From an uncultured Erysipelotrichaceae bacterium (GTDB lineage Bacteria; Bacillota_I; Bacilli_A; RF39; UBA660): 64,000 nucleotides of DNA. The position numbers were made by a program, and so were the translations under genes. Below, piece after piece: positions 47,204 to 57,303 of the stretch. The stretch covers positions 29,617 to 93,616 of the forward strand of contig CAOJRP010000001.1 of NCBI GenBank assembly GCA_948442015.1, read 5' to 3'. Below the pieces are notes generated by a model, which did no database searches, had not been told where the DNA came from, and was given only the letters and a program-made list of their open reading frames with translations. Position 1 is the first letter of the stretch, and the number at the start of each line of letters is the position of its first letter.

Positions 47204-47899
47204 AATACATCACTTTTACTATTATAACAGATTTAAAAAGAAAAAGTAGTTATTTTGTATTTATTGTTAATTTTGATAATGATATCCCATTTTAATATAA
47301 ATTTTGATTTGAATATCTAATTCTATTTTTTTTTATAATAATTACACATATTTGTTAATTGCCAATAGGTAATAATTGATATGCTTACTAGCAAATGGTT
47401 TCATTGTAATCCTTTGCAAGTCATATATCATATTATTAGGATCCTGTTGTCAATTGTAAATTCTTCTTAATGTTTTCAACAATTACTTAGTTATTTCAAA
47501 ACGGAATTTCCATTCGGGGATTTCCTCTTCAAAATTAACCTATTTTGTATTTATGCTACTGTTTCCTTGCTATATTCATCACATTTTTCTACTAACAATT
47601 TAAAATTACAACATCCTTCTAAAAACACTTGAATCAAGTGTTTTATCCATATATTTATCATATAATTTTTTATCACAATCACATAAAGTTTCTTTATTAC
47701 GATTTAACCAAATACATATAGTTATTAATTTCAAACAATACTCCAACAAAAGTTCTTATTCTTTTTTCCATAACATCAACTTTATTTTTGTATTAAATGT
47801 TAAGTAAAATTGTACCAATCTTTATATTTGTTTTTAAAAACAGCATTTAATAAAGTTTTTATACCATCATTCCCATATTGAAGAATATTTATTTATTAT

Positions 47900-48796
47900 C
47901 TATTCTATCTCATAAGCTGTACTTTCACTTTTGCCATCACCATTTTTTAGCTTAATATCTGATTTTAATGTTATTATTGGTCTTAAAGAAGCAAGACCAT
48001 TCATTTCAACTAAAGAACCATCATCATCGAATCTAAGCATTAGATATCCGCATTCTATACATGTGCTTCCTATTTCATTACCAATGCCAGCTATCCAATA
48101 CTGGCCCAAAGGTCCTTCCCGAAGACCTCCCCAGTATCTTAAATTTTTTCCTGATTTTGGATTAGTTAGATAAGTTCCAAAGACTTTATTTATGAGACTA
48201 AGATCCTCCGAAGGAAATTCATATTTTTGGCAATCTTCTTCTTGATAACTTTTACAATGTTCTTCCTGTCCCTGATAACTAATATATCTTGTTTTAAAAA
48301 CATATTTAGAGTTACTATAAGAAGATGCTAAGATTTTCAACGCACCAATATAGTTCGTGTAACCCACAACACCATAAAAATATATACCATCTTCCGAAGA
48401 ATAAACCGATACTGCATCTACCGTTCCATCTTCATTTTTCTTTATTACTCGCCATATATTAAGTTCACTTGGATTTATTGTTTGATCACTAGTATACCCT
48501 GTTAAATCTTTAGATATGGTATAACTTGTACTTGTTGGGGTCATTCTTATGTAATCTCCTAGTTCTACTTTATCTGATAAAGCTACTGGTGCTGTATAAC
48601 AATATTGTCCTTCTGGACATTTCCCTGTTTTATTATATAACTCATCTAGCGAATCTTTGACATTTGTTTTACTAGTCTTATCACTACTATATGTTATATC
48701 CTTACTATTAAATATTGTTGTTGCTCCCACTGTCGTACTTATTCCGATTATTATTCCTATTATTACTCCTATTATTTGCTTTATTCTTTTTTTCAT
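47900..48796 (-). CDS. Putative phase-variable surface protein, paralog A (298 aa)
   Basis: The N-terminal 60 aa are identical or near-identical to paralogs B and C (MKKRIKQIIGVIIGIIIGISTTVGATTIFNSKDITYSSDKT...KTGKCPEGQYC). Conserved C-terminal tail ...LKNGDGKSESTAYEIE. RBS GGAGG. Confidence 0.65.
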   Translation of the reverse strand: MKKRIKQIIGVIIGIIIGISTTVGATTIFNSKDITYSSDKTSKTNVKDSLDELYNKTGKCPEGQYCYTAPVALSDKVELGDYIRMTPTSTSYTISKDLTGYTSDQTINPSELNIWRVIKKNEDGTVDAVSVYSSEDGIYFYGVVGYTNYIGALKILASSYSNSKYVFKTRYISYQGQEEHCKSYQEEDCQKYEFPSEDLSLINKVFGTYLTNPKSGKNLRYWGGLREGPLGQYWIAGIGNEIGSTCIECGYLMLRFDDDGSLVEMNGLASLRPIITLKSDIKLKNGDGKSESTAYEIE

Positions 48797-48832
48797 ATAA
48801 TTCTATCCTCCATTTTTTCTATTGTTGATAAC

Positions 48833-48860
48833 ATTATACCCCCCCCGACCTTTCGGTCAA
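48833..48860 (-). promoter_or_regulatory. Promoter of paralog A with a G8 tract in the -35/-10 spacer
   Basis: Coding strand reads ccccTTGACCgaaaggtcGGGGGGGGTATAATg. Spacer 16 nt. Confidence 0.55.
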
Positions 48861-49109
48861 GGGGTAAGATAGAAAGTTAACGTCAAATGAAAAAAAGAAT
48901 TGGCGAACAATTAAATTCCTGATTATTCACCACTCTCTAAATTACCTTTTATTTAATTCTTTTGACTAAATTCTAAATAGTAAGATATAAAGTACTTGAT
49001 TTTTTTATTTCTAAATATTAATAAATATTTCTTTTTATCATTGCAATAATATGTTCTTAAAATTAGTCAAATCATAAAATTTTCACATATTGTAATGAAG
49101 AATAAACTT

Positions 49110-49328
49110 TTACTTTAAAGTTTCTAAAACATTATTAATTAAATCAATATTGTCAATAGCATCGCTTATCTTATCAGTTGCCCTTAAACGATACTTTTCT
49201 TTAACAAAATTAGTAAAAGATTTCAAATCATTATCCCTATTTATTTGTTTAATAAAGAAACTATTTTCTTTCAAATAATTATAGTAGTTTTTTTTACTTT
49301 TTAAATACAATAACAATTCTCTATTCAT
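49110..49328 (-). CDS. Hypothetical small protein
   Basis: 72-aa ORF. Confidence 0.35.
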   Translation of the reverse strand: MNRELLLYLKSKKNYYNYLKENSFFIKQINRDNDLKSFTNFVKEKYRLRATDKISDAIDNIDLINNVLETLK

Positions 49329-49330
49329 AA

Positions 49331-49669
49331 TTAATCCTTAAAAAAGTTCGTAATCGGTCTTGGTACTTTTGGAGTAGCAGCAGTAATATTTGTTGGTTCT
49401 TTTTTCGTTAATTCACTTATTACATCAATAGCTTTTTGGGCATTATCAATATGTCCTTTTAAAGCATCAACATCAATGCTTTTCAAATTTTCCATAATAC
49501 TAAGTTCTTTTTTATTTTTTTCCGGATATTTTTTCCAAACTTCATCATCTTCCCCATATATATCATACATTTCATAAAGTTGCTGCCACGTAGTCTCACC
49601 ACTATTAACATAATCAACTAAATTTCTATGATTTTTAGCAAACTCTTTAAATTCATCTTTTTTACTCAT
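49331..49669 (-). CDS. Hypothetical protein
   Basis: 112-aa ORF downstream of parC. Confidence 0.4.
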   Translation of the reverse strand: MSKKDEFKEFAKNHRNLVDYVNSGETTWQQLYEMYDIYGEDDEVWKKYPEKNKKELSIMENLKSIDVDALKGHIDNAQKAIDVISELTKKEPTNITAATPKVPRPITNFFKD

Positions 49670-49715
49670 AAAAAATCACCTATTATACTTTATGTTAAAT
49701 AGGTGTTTTTTAATA

Positions 49716-52256
49716 TTATAATTTAAAATCATCAATAAAGTCATCGATAGTCATTTCTTTAGGGTCTTCCTGTTTTTCATCCTGTTTTACTACTTTTTCT
49801 TCTTTTTTATTTAAATAACTTACTAAATCGACTTTCACAAAAGAGCCATCAATATCATATTTGGAAATAGAAGAACCATTACTTTGTAAATCCATTATTG
49901 GAAGTTCACTATTCTTTTCTTCTCTTATTTCACTATCAGCCTTGATACAAATTAATGATTTACCATTAGTAACATAAGCACTTAAGACATTATAATCATT
50001 AGTCTTAACTTTCTTCATAATTCTAGAACCTTTTTTTGCTCTTGAAGTTATTTCTAAGTCACTTATTTTAACTCTTTTAGCAGTTCTCAAATTTGTAAAA
50101 ATATTTAAATACTCATCCATTTCATCAATTACAACTCCACTAATTACTTCATCATCTTTTAAGTTAATTGCTTTAACTCCACTTGCTTTTATACCAACTA
50201 AAGGTATTTCACTACTATTAAATCTTAAGAAATAACCTGTCTTAGAAATACAAATAACTTCTTTTTTCTCAAGTGATACTGATACTACTTCATCATTTTC
50301 TTTTAGTTTAAAAGCAGTCATCGGCTTAGTATAACGACTTACTTCAAAGTCTTTTAACACACTTCTCTTAGCTAAACCATTCTTCGTAAATAAAACTACA
50401 TTATCTTCTTTATTTTTATAAACAATTGAAGCAATAATTTTTTCCTCAGGAGATATCCCTATAACGTTATTAATGTGTTTTCCAAGTTCTTTCCATTTAG
50501 CTTCAGGTATGGCATGAACTGGTACAAATAAGTATCGACCTAAATTTGTAAATAATAAAATTGTATCTAGGGTACTTAGTTCATATAAACCAATTAGATA
50601 ATCTCCTGGTTTTATAGTAGTTTCTTCTTCTTTTGATGCTTGATATGATTTTGAGCTAACTCTTTTAACATATCCTTCATTAGTTACTACGACAACAACA
50701 TTTTCACGTGGTATCATTGCTTCAGCATCAATCTTAATTTCTGTTATTTCTTCTTTAATCACTGACCTTCTTGGGTTACCATACTCTTTCTTAATTTTCT
50801 TTAGTTCATCTTTAAATACTTTAATTAAGACTGTTTCATCATTTAGAATACTTTCTAAGAAAGCGATAATCTTTTGTAAATCTTTCAATCTATTTTCTAA
50901 CTCGATAACATCAAAATTAGTTAAACGATAAAGTTGTAAATTAACAATAGCTTCCGCTTGTTCTTCCGTAAACTTAAATTCTTTAACCAAATTAACTTTA
51001 GCATCAGCTTTATTTTTACTTGCTCTAATTACTCTAATAACATCATCTAAAATAGATAAAGCTTTTACTAGTCCTTCTGTGATATGAAACTCTTTATTAG
51101 CTGTATCTAAATCAAACTTGGTTTTTCTTGTAATTACTTCTTTTTGATGAGCAATATAAGCATCTAACATTGGTAGAACACCAAGAAGTTTTGGCCTTCT
51201 ATTTACAATAGCTACCATATTAAAGTTATAAGAGATTTGCATATCCGTATTTTTAAGTAAATAATTTAAAATTAAATCAGCATTAGCCCCACTTTTTAAA
51301 TCAATAACAATCCTTAAACCATCAGCACCCGTTTCGTTTCTTGTCTCCGCTATACCATCAATCTTTTTATCAATCCTAATATCTTCGATTTTCTTGACTA
51401 TTTGAGAGATTGTCACTTCATAGGGAATTTCTGTGATGACTATTGATTGCTTTCCTTTATTTTTAACTATCTCATATTTAGAAACAATATTTATTTTACC
51501 TTTACCAGTCTCATAAGCTTGTTTAATTCCTGCTATTCCTTCAACAGTACCACCAGTTGGAAAATCAGGTCCTTTTAATATTTCCATAATGGTATCTAAT
51601 TTACAATTTGGACTATCAAGTCTTTTGATTGTTGCATCTATTACTTCTTCTAAATTGTGAGGTGGAATATTAGTAGCATAACCAGCACTAATTCCAGTAG
51701 TACCATTAACTAGTAAGTTAGGATATTTCGAAGGAAGTACTGTTGGTTCTAGCCTCGAATCATCAAATGTTGGTGCCATTTCAACAGCATTTTTTTCAAT
51801 ATCTTTTAAAAGTTCATTACTAATTTTCGAAAGTTTTGCTTCGGTATAACGATAAGCAGCAGCACAGTCCCCATCAATAGAACCATTATTACCTTGAATA
51901 ACAATATATGGCTCTCTTTGTTTCCAATTCTGACTCATACGAACCATCGCATCATAAACCGAAGTATCGCCATGAGGATGATATTTACCAATAACTTCTC
52001 CAACTGTTTGAGCAGATTTTACCGTCTTCTTTTCAAAAGTATTCTTATTTTTATACATTGCATATAAAATTCTTCTTTGAACTGGTTTTAAACCATCTCT
52101 TACATCAGGAATTGCTCGATCTTGAATAATATATTTAGAATATTTACCAAACCGATCTCCCATGATCTCTTCAAGACTATATTCTTGTATTCTTTTTATT
52201 ACATCTTCCATAGTGTTCACCATAAAAAGTATAACATAAAAAAAAGATGGAAACAA
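49716..52256 (-). CDS. parC: DNA topoisomerase IV subunit A (type IIA topoisomerase A subunit; no GyrA-box seen)
   Basis: PDVRDGLKPVQRRILYAMY plus the active-site Tyr region. No QRRGGKG GyrA-box is visible in the C-terminal domain. It lies downstream of a GyrB/ParE-type gene and is not in a dnaA-gyrB-gyrA context. Confidence 0.65.
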   Translation of the reverse strand: MFPSFFYVILFMVNTMEDVIKRIQEYSLEEIMGDRFGKYSKYIIQDRAIPDVRDGLKPVQRRILYAMYKNKNTFEKKTVKSAQTVGEVIGKYHPHGDTSVYDAMVRMSQNWKQREPYIVIQGNNGSIDGDCAAAYRYTEAKLSKISNELLKDIEKNAVEMAPTFDDSRLEPTVLPSKYPNLLVNGTTGISAGYATNIPPHNLEEVIDATIKRLDSPNCKLDTIMEILKGPDFPTGGTVEGIAGIKQAYETGKGKINIVSKYEIVKNKGKQSIVITEIPYEVTISQIVKKIEDIRIDKKIDGIAETRNETGADGLRIVIDLKSGANADLILNYLLKNTDMQISYNFNMVAIVNRRPKLLGVLPMLDAYIAHQKEVITRKTKFDLDTANKEFHITEGLVKALSILDDVIRVIRASKNKADAKVNLVKEFKFTEEQAEAIVNLQLYRLTNFDVIELENRLKDLQKIIAFLESILNDETVLIKVFKDELKKIKKEYGNPRRSVIKEEITEIKIDAEAMIPRENVVVVVTNEGYVKRVSSKSYQASKEEETTIKPGDYLIGLYELSTLDTILLFTNLGRYLFVPVHAIPEAKWKELGKHINNVIGISPEEKIIASIVYKNKEDNVVLFTKNGLAKRSVLKDFEVSRYTKPMTAFKLKENDEVVSVSLEKKEVICISKTGYFLRFNSSEIPLVGIKASGVKAINLKDDEVISGVVIDEMDEYLNIFTNLRTAKRVKISDLEITSRAKKGSRIMKKVKTNDYNVLSAYVTNGKSLICIKADSEIREEKNSELPIMDLQSNGSSISKYDIDGSFVKVDLVSYLNKKEEKVVKQDEKQEDPKEMTIDDFIDDFKL

Positions 52257-52286
52257 ATTTAGTTGACACCCTTTTAGTAAAATTTT

Positions 52287-53264
52287 TTACTTTTCAATTA
52301 CATACTTCCATATATTATTATGATAATCCATTATAAAAGTAAAGACATTATCTTTTGATACTAAAGTAATTGAAAGTTCGTATTTATCACGAAGAGTAAT
52401 AAAATCATCAACAGCATTAACTTCAATAATTTTTTTATTTTTAAAACTTGGAAACTCATAAACGACTTCAATTAATTCATCATAATCACGAAGTAATTTT
52501 ATAACTTTCTTATATTCTCGACGATAATTATTCTTAGTATTAGGATTTAAAAGAAAAACGATAAAAGCACAAATTAAAATGAAACCAGACAATGAAGTCA
52601 TGATGATTGCTAAAGCAAAAAGCTTTTTATTTTTAATTAAGTCTTCTTTTATTCCTATTAAAAAGTTTTTTTCTTTCAATTCACTTTTTGTAATAACAAT
52701 ATTATCAGCTAAAAGAGGTATTTTTACTTTAGAAGTACTATTAATCTTAAGTTTTTCGTTAAAATCATAAGATATAGTATTCGTATTTAAAGATATTTCT
52801 AAATAAGCATCTATTTTACTTAAATCTTGTTTATTTAGCTTTTCTTTAACTATTTTATTAAATTCTTCATAATTAACGTTTAAGGCTTCGTTTATTTCAT
52901 AAGTTGCTGTATCTACTTCCCCTATTTTCTTTGATGGCGTTAAAACAATTTGATTATAATACATATTTTTATCAGTCTCTTTATTTCTAGCTACTACTGC
53001 TGCTGTAATGTCATAATCATAGTCAAAAGAAATCTTTTTGGAACTAAGAAAATTATAATTAAAGTTAATATTAATATTGCTATCTTCCTTTATTTCATAA
53101 TTTATATAACTATTTTCTCGATATTCTAACAATTTTTCTTTTTTAGCAGTTACTTTTGAAGTACTAATTATAGCCATTATAATGGCAAATAAAAACAGTA
53201 TTATTGAAAAAGTAATCAGTATATCTCTTTTATTAGATTTTTGCTTTTTACTCATTTTAGCCAA
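52287..53264 (-). CDS. Membrane protein of unknown function, inserted between parE and parC
   Basis: N-terminal TM (ILITFSIILFLFAIIMAIIS) and a second TM near residue 220. Confidence 0.45.
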   Translation of the reverse strand: MAKMSKKQKSNKRDILITFSIILFLFAIIMAIISTSKVTAKKEKLLEYRENSYINYEIKEDSNININFNYNFLSSKKISFDYDYDITAAVVARNKETDKNMYYNQIVLTPSKKIGEVDTATYEINEALNVNYEEFNKIVKEKLNKQDLSKIDAYLEISLNTNTISYDFNEKLKINSTSKVKIPLLADNIVITKSELKEKNFLIGIKEDLIKNKKLFALAIIMTSLSGFILICAFIVFLLNPNTKNNYRREYKKVIKLLRDYDELIEVVYEFPSFKNKKIIEVNAVDDFITLRDKYELSITLVSKDNVFTFIMDYHNNIWKYVIEK

Positions 53265-53314
53265 CTCCTATAGTATAAATTATAGCATAGACATTTAAAA
53301 AGAAAAACTACGAA

Positions 53315-55249
53315 TTATATTTCGTAATCATCCTCTAAAGAAAACTCAACATTTTCATTAATCCATTCTTTTCTTGGTTCGACTTGTTCACCCATTAAAA
53401 TTTGAACTCTTTTTTCAGCTAAGGCCGCATCAGTAATATTTACTTTAATTAAAGTTCTATGTTCTGGGTCCATAGTAGTAATTTTTAGCTCTTCTGGATC
53501 CATTTCACCTAATCCTTTAAAACGTTTAATTTCATAACCACTTTTACCATTAGTAAACTCTTGCACTTCGGAAGTATCCCAAAAATAAGTTCTTTTTTTA
53601 TCTTTTTCTTCAACTAAAAATAATGGTGGCTGAGCAACAAAGAGTTTTCCAGCCTCAATCAAGCCTTTCATATAACGATAGAAAAAAGTTATAAGTAAAC
53701 ACTGAATATGAGCTCCATCTTGGTCAGCATCAGTAAGAATAATAACTTTATCAAAATTGGAGTCATTTGCATCAAAATCAGCACCATATCCGGCTCCAAC
53801 AATATGAATAATTGTATTTATTTCTTCGTTTTTTAAAACTTCACTAATATTTGTCTTTTCAGCATTTAATACTTTTCCTCTTAGTGGAAGTAAGGCTTGA
53901 AAGCGATAATCTCTTGCTTGTTTGGCACTTCCTAGTGCTGAATCCCCTTCAACTAAAAATAGTTCGTTAGTTTTCGGATTTTTATAACCTGCGGGGACAA
54001 ATTTACCAGACATATTCTTTTCTAAAGCTTTCTTTGATTTACCATTACGTGCTTCTTCTCGCGCTTTCCTTGCCGCTTCTCTAGCTACTTTACTTTTAGT
54101 GGCTTTATCAATAATATTTAAAGCAATCTCTTTATTTTCTTCTAAAAAGAATTGTAAGTTTTCATAAACAACTTGTTCTGTTACTGGTCTTGCTTCTGGG
54201 GTACCTAATTTTCCCTTCGTTTGTCCTTCAAATTGTAACAAAGCTTCTGGCACTTTCAAGTTGATAACTGCTGTTAAGCCTTCTCTTACATCACTTCCGT
54301 CAAAACCTTCTTTTCCTTTAATTAAGCCATTTGTTTTAGCATAATCATTGAAAGCTTTTGTCAATCCCGTTTTAAAACCAACTTCATGAGTACCACCATC
54401 ACTTGTTTTAACATTATTAACAAAAGATAAGATATTTTCACTATATCCTTCTTGATATTGGAGAGCTACAGAAACTTCTATTCCTTGTTTACCACCATTA
54501 AAATTAATTACTTTATGAAGCGGATTTTTACCTTCATTAATAAATTCAACAAAGCTCGTTAAGCCATTTTCATAATGAAATTTAGCACTTTTTCCATCTT
54601 CTTCATCAATTACTTCGATAGTTAAACCACTAAGTAAAAAGGCACTCTCTTGCATTCTTTCACAGATTGTTGTATAGGAAAAATGACATCCTTTAAAAAT
54701 ATCAAAGTTCGGCATAAAAGTAACAATCGTTCCAGTTTTAGTTGATTTACCAATCGTTTTTAAAGGGGATTCAACAACTCCACCATCTTTAAAGCGAATA
54801 TTACTAATTAATCCATCTCGATAGATAATAACATCCATACTTGTACTTAAGGCATTAACAACCGAACCACCAACACCATGAAGTCCTCCTGATACTTTAT
54901 AGTTACCTTCTTCAAATTTACCACCAGCATGGAGTACTGTATAAATTACTTCGGGAGCACTCTTACCACTTTTATGCATACCAATAGGTACACCACGACC
55001 ATTATCAGCAATTGTAATACTACCATTTTTATTTAATACAATTTTAATGTAATCTCCATAACCATTTATTACTTCATCAATTGAATTATCAACTATTTCC
55101 CAAACCAAATGATGGAGACCTCTTTTATCAGTTGAACCAATATACATACCTGGTCTTTTTCTTACTGCTTCTAAGCCTTCTAATATTGTTATTGCATCAG
55201 CATCATATTTTTTTGTTGCCATACTATTCACCTTATAAAAGTATATCAT
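53315..55249 (-). CDS. parE: DNA topoisomerase IV subunit B (GHKL ATPase plus TOPRIM)
   Basis: ILEGLEAVRKRPGMYIGSTD...LHHLVWEIVDNSIDE...EGDSA. About 640 aa. The true start is probably MATKKYD at 55222. Confidence 0.65.
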   Translation of the reverse strand: MIYFYKVNSMATKKYDADAITILEGLEAVRKRPGMYIGSTDKRGLHHLVWEIVDNSIDEVINGYGDYIKIVLNKNGSITIADNGRGVPIGMHKSGKSAPEVIYTVLHAGGKFEEGNYKVSGGLHGVGGSVVNALSTSMDVIIYRDGLISNIRFKDGGVVESPLKTIGKSTKTGTIVTFMPNFDIFKGCHFSYTTICERMQESAFLLSGLTIEVIDEEDGKSAKFHYENGLTSFVEFINEGKNPLHKVINFNGGKQGIEVSVALQYQEGYSENILSFVNNVKTSDGGTHEVGFKTGLTKAFNDYAKTNGLIKGKEGFDGSDVREGLTAVINLKVPEALLQFEGQTKGKLGTPEARPVTEQVVYENLQFFLEENKEIALNIIDKATKSKVAREAARKAREEARNGKSKKALEKNMSGKFVPAGYKNPKTNELFLVEGDSALGSAKQARDYRFQALLPLRGKVLNAEKTNISEVLKNEEINTIIHIVGAGYGADFDANDSNFDKVIILTDADQDGAHIQCLLITFFYRYMKGLIEAGKLFVAQPPLFLVEEKDKKRTYFWDTSEVQEFTNGKSGYEIKRFKGLGEMDPEELKITTMDPEHRTLIKVNITDAALAEKRVQILMGEQVEPRKEWINENVEFSLEDDYEI

Positions 55250-55284
55250 ATAAATTAAAAAGCAAGCAAGTCTTTACATTTGCT

Positions 55285-56181
55285 TTACTCTAAAGTGTAC
55301 GCAGTTTCCGCACTTTTTCCATCGCCACTTGCTATTTTTACACTTGATTTGATAGTTAGTATTGGACGATAAACCATATCGAGAAGACTTTCTGTACCAT
55401 TATATTGATTTTGTAAACTGTGAGTAACAGTGTATCTACCGCTAATATCAACAAATCTTACATCATACCCTGTCCATGGATCATCAGTTCTATATCCTCT
55501 AGAAGATATCATATAGTAATTGTTAGAGTTATTACCCCCACTAACCCTTTCAGCTTTTAGCGTTCCTAGAGCATTTTCTACTAAACTAACATCAGTTTCA
55601 GCTCCTGTGTCTACTGGACAAGCTGTATCAGAAAATTCGCTACAATACTCTATTTGATTACTATAACCAATATGTCTTGTACTTTGGATATATTTATCAT
55701 TTGTATGGGCTGCTGCTACTTTATTTAAAATTCCTATATAATTCATATAGCCAATTTTTCCATATATTTGAATTCCAACTCTTGATGTATAATGCGATAT
55801 CATTTCTACTGTTCCATTTTCATTCTTCTTTATTACTCGCCACAAATTTAGTTCACTTGGATTTATTGTTTGATCACTAGTATATCCCGTTAAACTCTTT
55901 GAAACTGTATAAATTGTACTTGTTGGGGTCATACTGATATAATCTCCTATTTCTACAATTGATAACGGCATACTTTTTCCGAAACAATATTGTCCTTCTG
56001 GACATTTCCCTGTTTTATTATATAACTCATCTAATGAATCTTTGACATTTGTTTTTGTTGTTTTATCACTACTATATGTTATATCCTTACTATTAAATAT
56101 TGTTGTTGCTCCCACTGTTGTACTTATTCCAATTATTATTCCTATTATTACTCCTATTATTTGCTTTATTCTTTTTTTCAT
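55285..56181 (-). CDS. Putative phase-variable surface protein, paralog B (298 aa)
   Basis: Same N-terminus and C-terminal tail (...IASGDGKSAETAYTLE) as A and C, with a divergent middle. Confidence 0.65.
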   Translation of the reverse strand: MKKRIKQIIGVIIGIIIGISTTVGATTIFNSKDITYSSDKTTKTNVKDSLDELYNKTGKCPEGQYCFGKSMPLSIVEIGDYISMTPTSTIYTVSKSLTGYTSDQTINPSELNLWRVIKKNENGTVEMISHYTSRVGIQIYGKIGYMNYIGILNKVAAAHTNDKYIQSTRHIGYSNQIEYCSEFSDTACPVDTGAETDVSLVENALGTLKAERVSGGNNSNNYYMISSRGYRTDDPWTGYDVRFVDISGRYTVTHSLQNQYNGTESLLDMVYRPILTIKSSVKIASGDGKSAETAYTLE

Positions 56182-56218
56182 ATAATTCTATCCTCCATTT
56201 TTTCTTATTGTTGATAAA

Positions 56219-56246
56219 ATTATACCCCCCCCAACCTTTCGGTCAA
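56219..56246 (-). promoter_or_regulatory. Promoter of paralog B with a G8 tract in the -35/-10 spacer
   Basis: Coding strand reads ccccTTGACCgaaaggttGGGGGGGGTATAATt. Spacer 16 nt. Confidence 0.55.
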
Positions 56247-56303
56247 GGGGTAAGATAGAAAATTAACGTCAAATGAAAAAAGCTCATATTTTTCTACCGA
56301 GCT

Positions 56304-57239
56304 CTAATCTAATATATAGGCTGTACTTTCACTTTTTCCATCACCATTCTTTAATTTTACGCTAGATTCCAATGTCAAAACGGGTCTTATACCACCTTCC
56401 ATCCTTCTGTCAACTAACTCACCATCTACCAACTTCATAGCCATATACCCACAATGAGTGCACGAAGAACCCCCATCGCCACCAAGAGTTTCGAGAGTGT
56501 AGGCGAATTGACCTGGTCCCCAATCATTTTCCCCAAGATAACCACGACGTATAGAGTGCCAATATCGTTGCATCGTTCCTGACATAGTCGTAGCAATTAC
56601 CGAACCAAATATTTTATTAACAAGTTTAAAGTCTTCTCCTTCTAGAGAGTCCTTTGGACATGAACTCTCTTCATAACTTGTACAATATTCCATTTGATTT
56701 TTATATCCTATATTTCTTGTTCTTGCTACATATTTTTCGTTTGTGTATTGTGCAGCTATTATATTTAATACTCCAATAGCATTTAAATATCCTACTTTTC
56801 CTCTTAAATATATCCTATTACTAGATGCATAAACTGATATTACATCTACTGTTCCATCTTCATTCTTTCTTATTACTCGCCATAAGTTTAGTTCACTTGG
56901 ATTGAGTGTATTTTGAGTACAATTGGCATCATTCATACACCCTGTTAATTCTCCTGGTGGTGTATAGCTTGTACTTGTTGGGGTCATTCTTATGTAATCT
57001 CCTAGTTCTACTTTATCTGATAAAGCTACTGGTGCTGTATAACAATATTGGCCTTTTGGACATTTCCCTGTTTTATTATATAACTCATCTAATGAATCTT
57101 TGACATTTGTTTTTGTTGTTTTATCACTACTATATGTTATATCCTTACTATTAAATATTGTTGTTGCTCCCACTGTTGTACTTATTCCAATTATTATTCC
57201 TATTATTACTCCTATTATTTGCTTTATTCTTTTTTTCAT
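56304..57239 (-). CDS. Putative phase-variable surface protein, paralog C (311 aa)
   Basis: Same N-terminus. The middle block is identical to A (YTAPVALSDKVELGDYIRMTPTSTSYT). The 3' end of the reading frame (5' region of the gene) is identical to B at DNA level. C-terminal tail ...LKNGDGKSESTAYILD. Confidence 0.65.
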   Translation of the reverse strand: MKKRIKQIIGVIIGIIIGISTTVGATTIFNSKDITYSSDKTTKTNVKDSLDELYNKTGKCPKGQYCYTAPVALSDKVELGDYIRMTPTSTSYTPPGELTGCMNDANCTQNTLNPSELNLWRVIRKNEDGTVDVISVYASSNRIYLRGKVGYLNAIGVLNIIAAQYTNEKYVARTRNIGYKNQMEYCTSYEESSCPKDSLEGEDFKLVNKIFGSVIATTMSGTMQRYWHSIRRGYLGENDWGPGQFAYTLETLGGDGGSSCTHCGYMAMKLVDGELVDRRMEGGIRPVLTLESSVKLKNGDGKSESTAYILD

Positions 57240-57276
57240 ATAATTCTATCCTCCATTTTTTCTTATTGTTGATAAA

Positions 57277-57303
57277 ATTATACCCCCCCGACCTTTCGGT
57301 CAA
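57277..57303 (-). promoter_or_regulatory. Promoter of paralog C with a G7 tract in the -35/-10 spacer
   Basis: Coding strand reads ccccTTGACCgaaaggtcGGGGGGGTATAATt. Spacer 15 nt. Confidence 0.55.

Noticed and set aside
56182-56303. Possible intrinsic terminator between paralogs C and B (AGCTC...GAGCT followed by TTTTTT on the coding strand)
   Set aside because: The stem is only 5 bp with a 13-nt loop, too weak to call. The spacer is mostly the conserved promoter module of paralog B.
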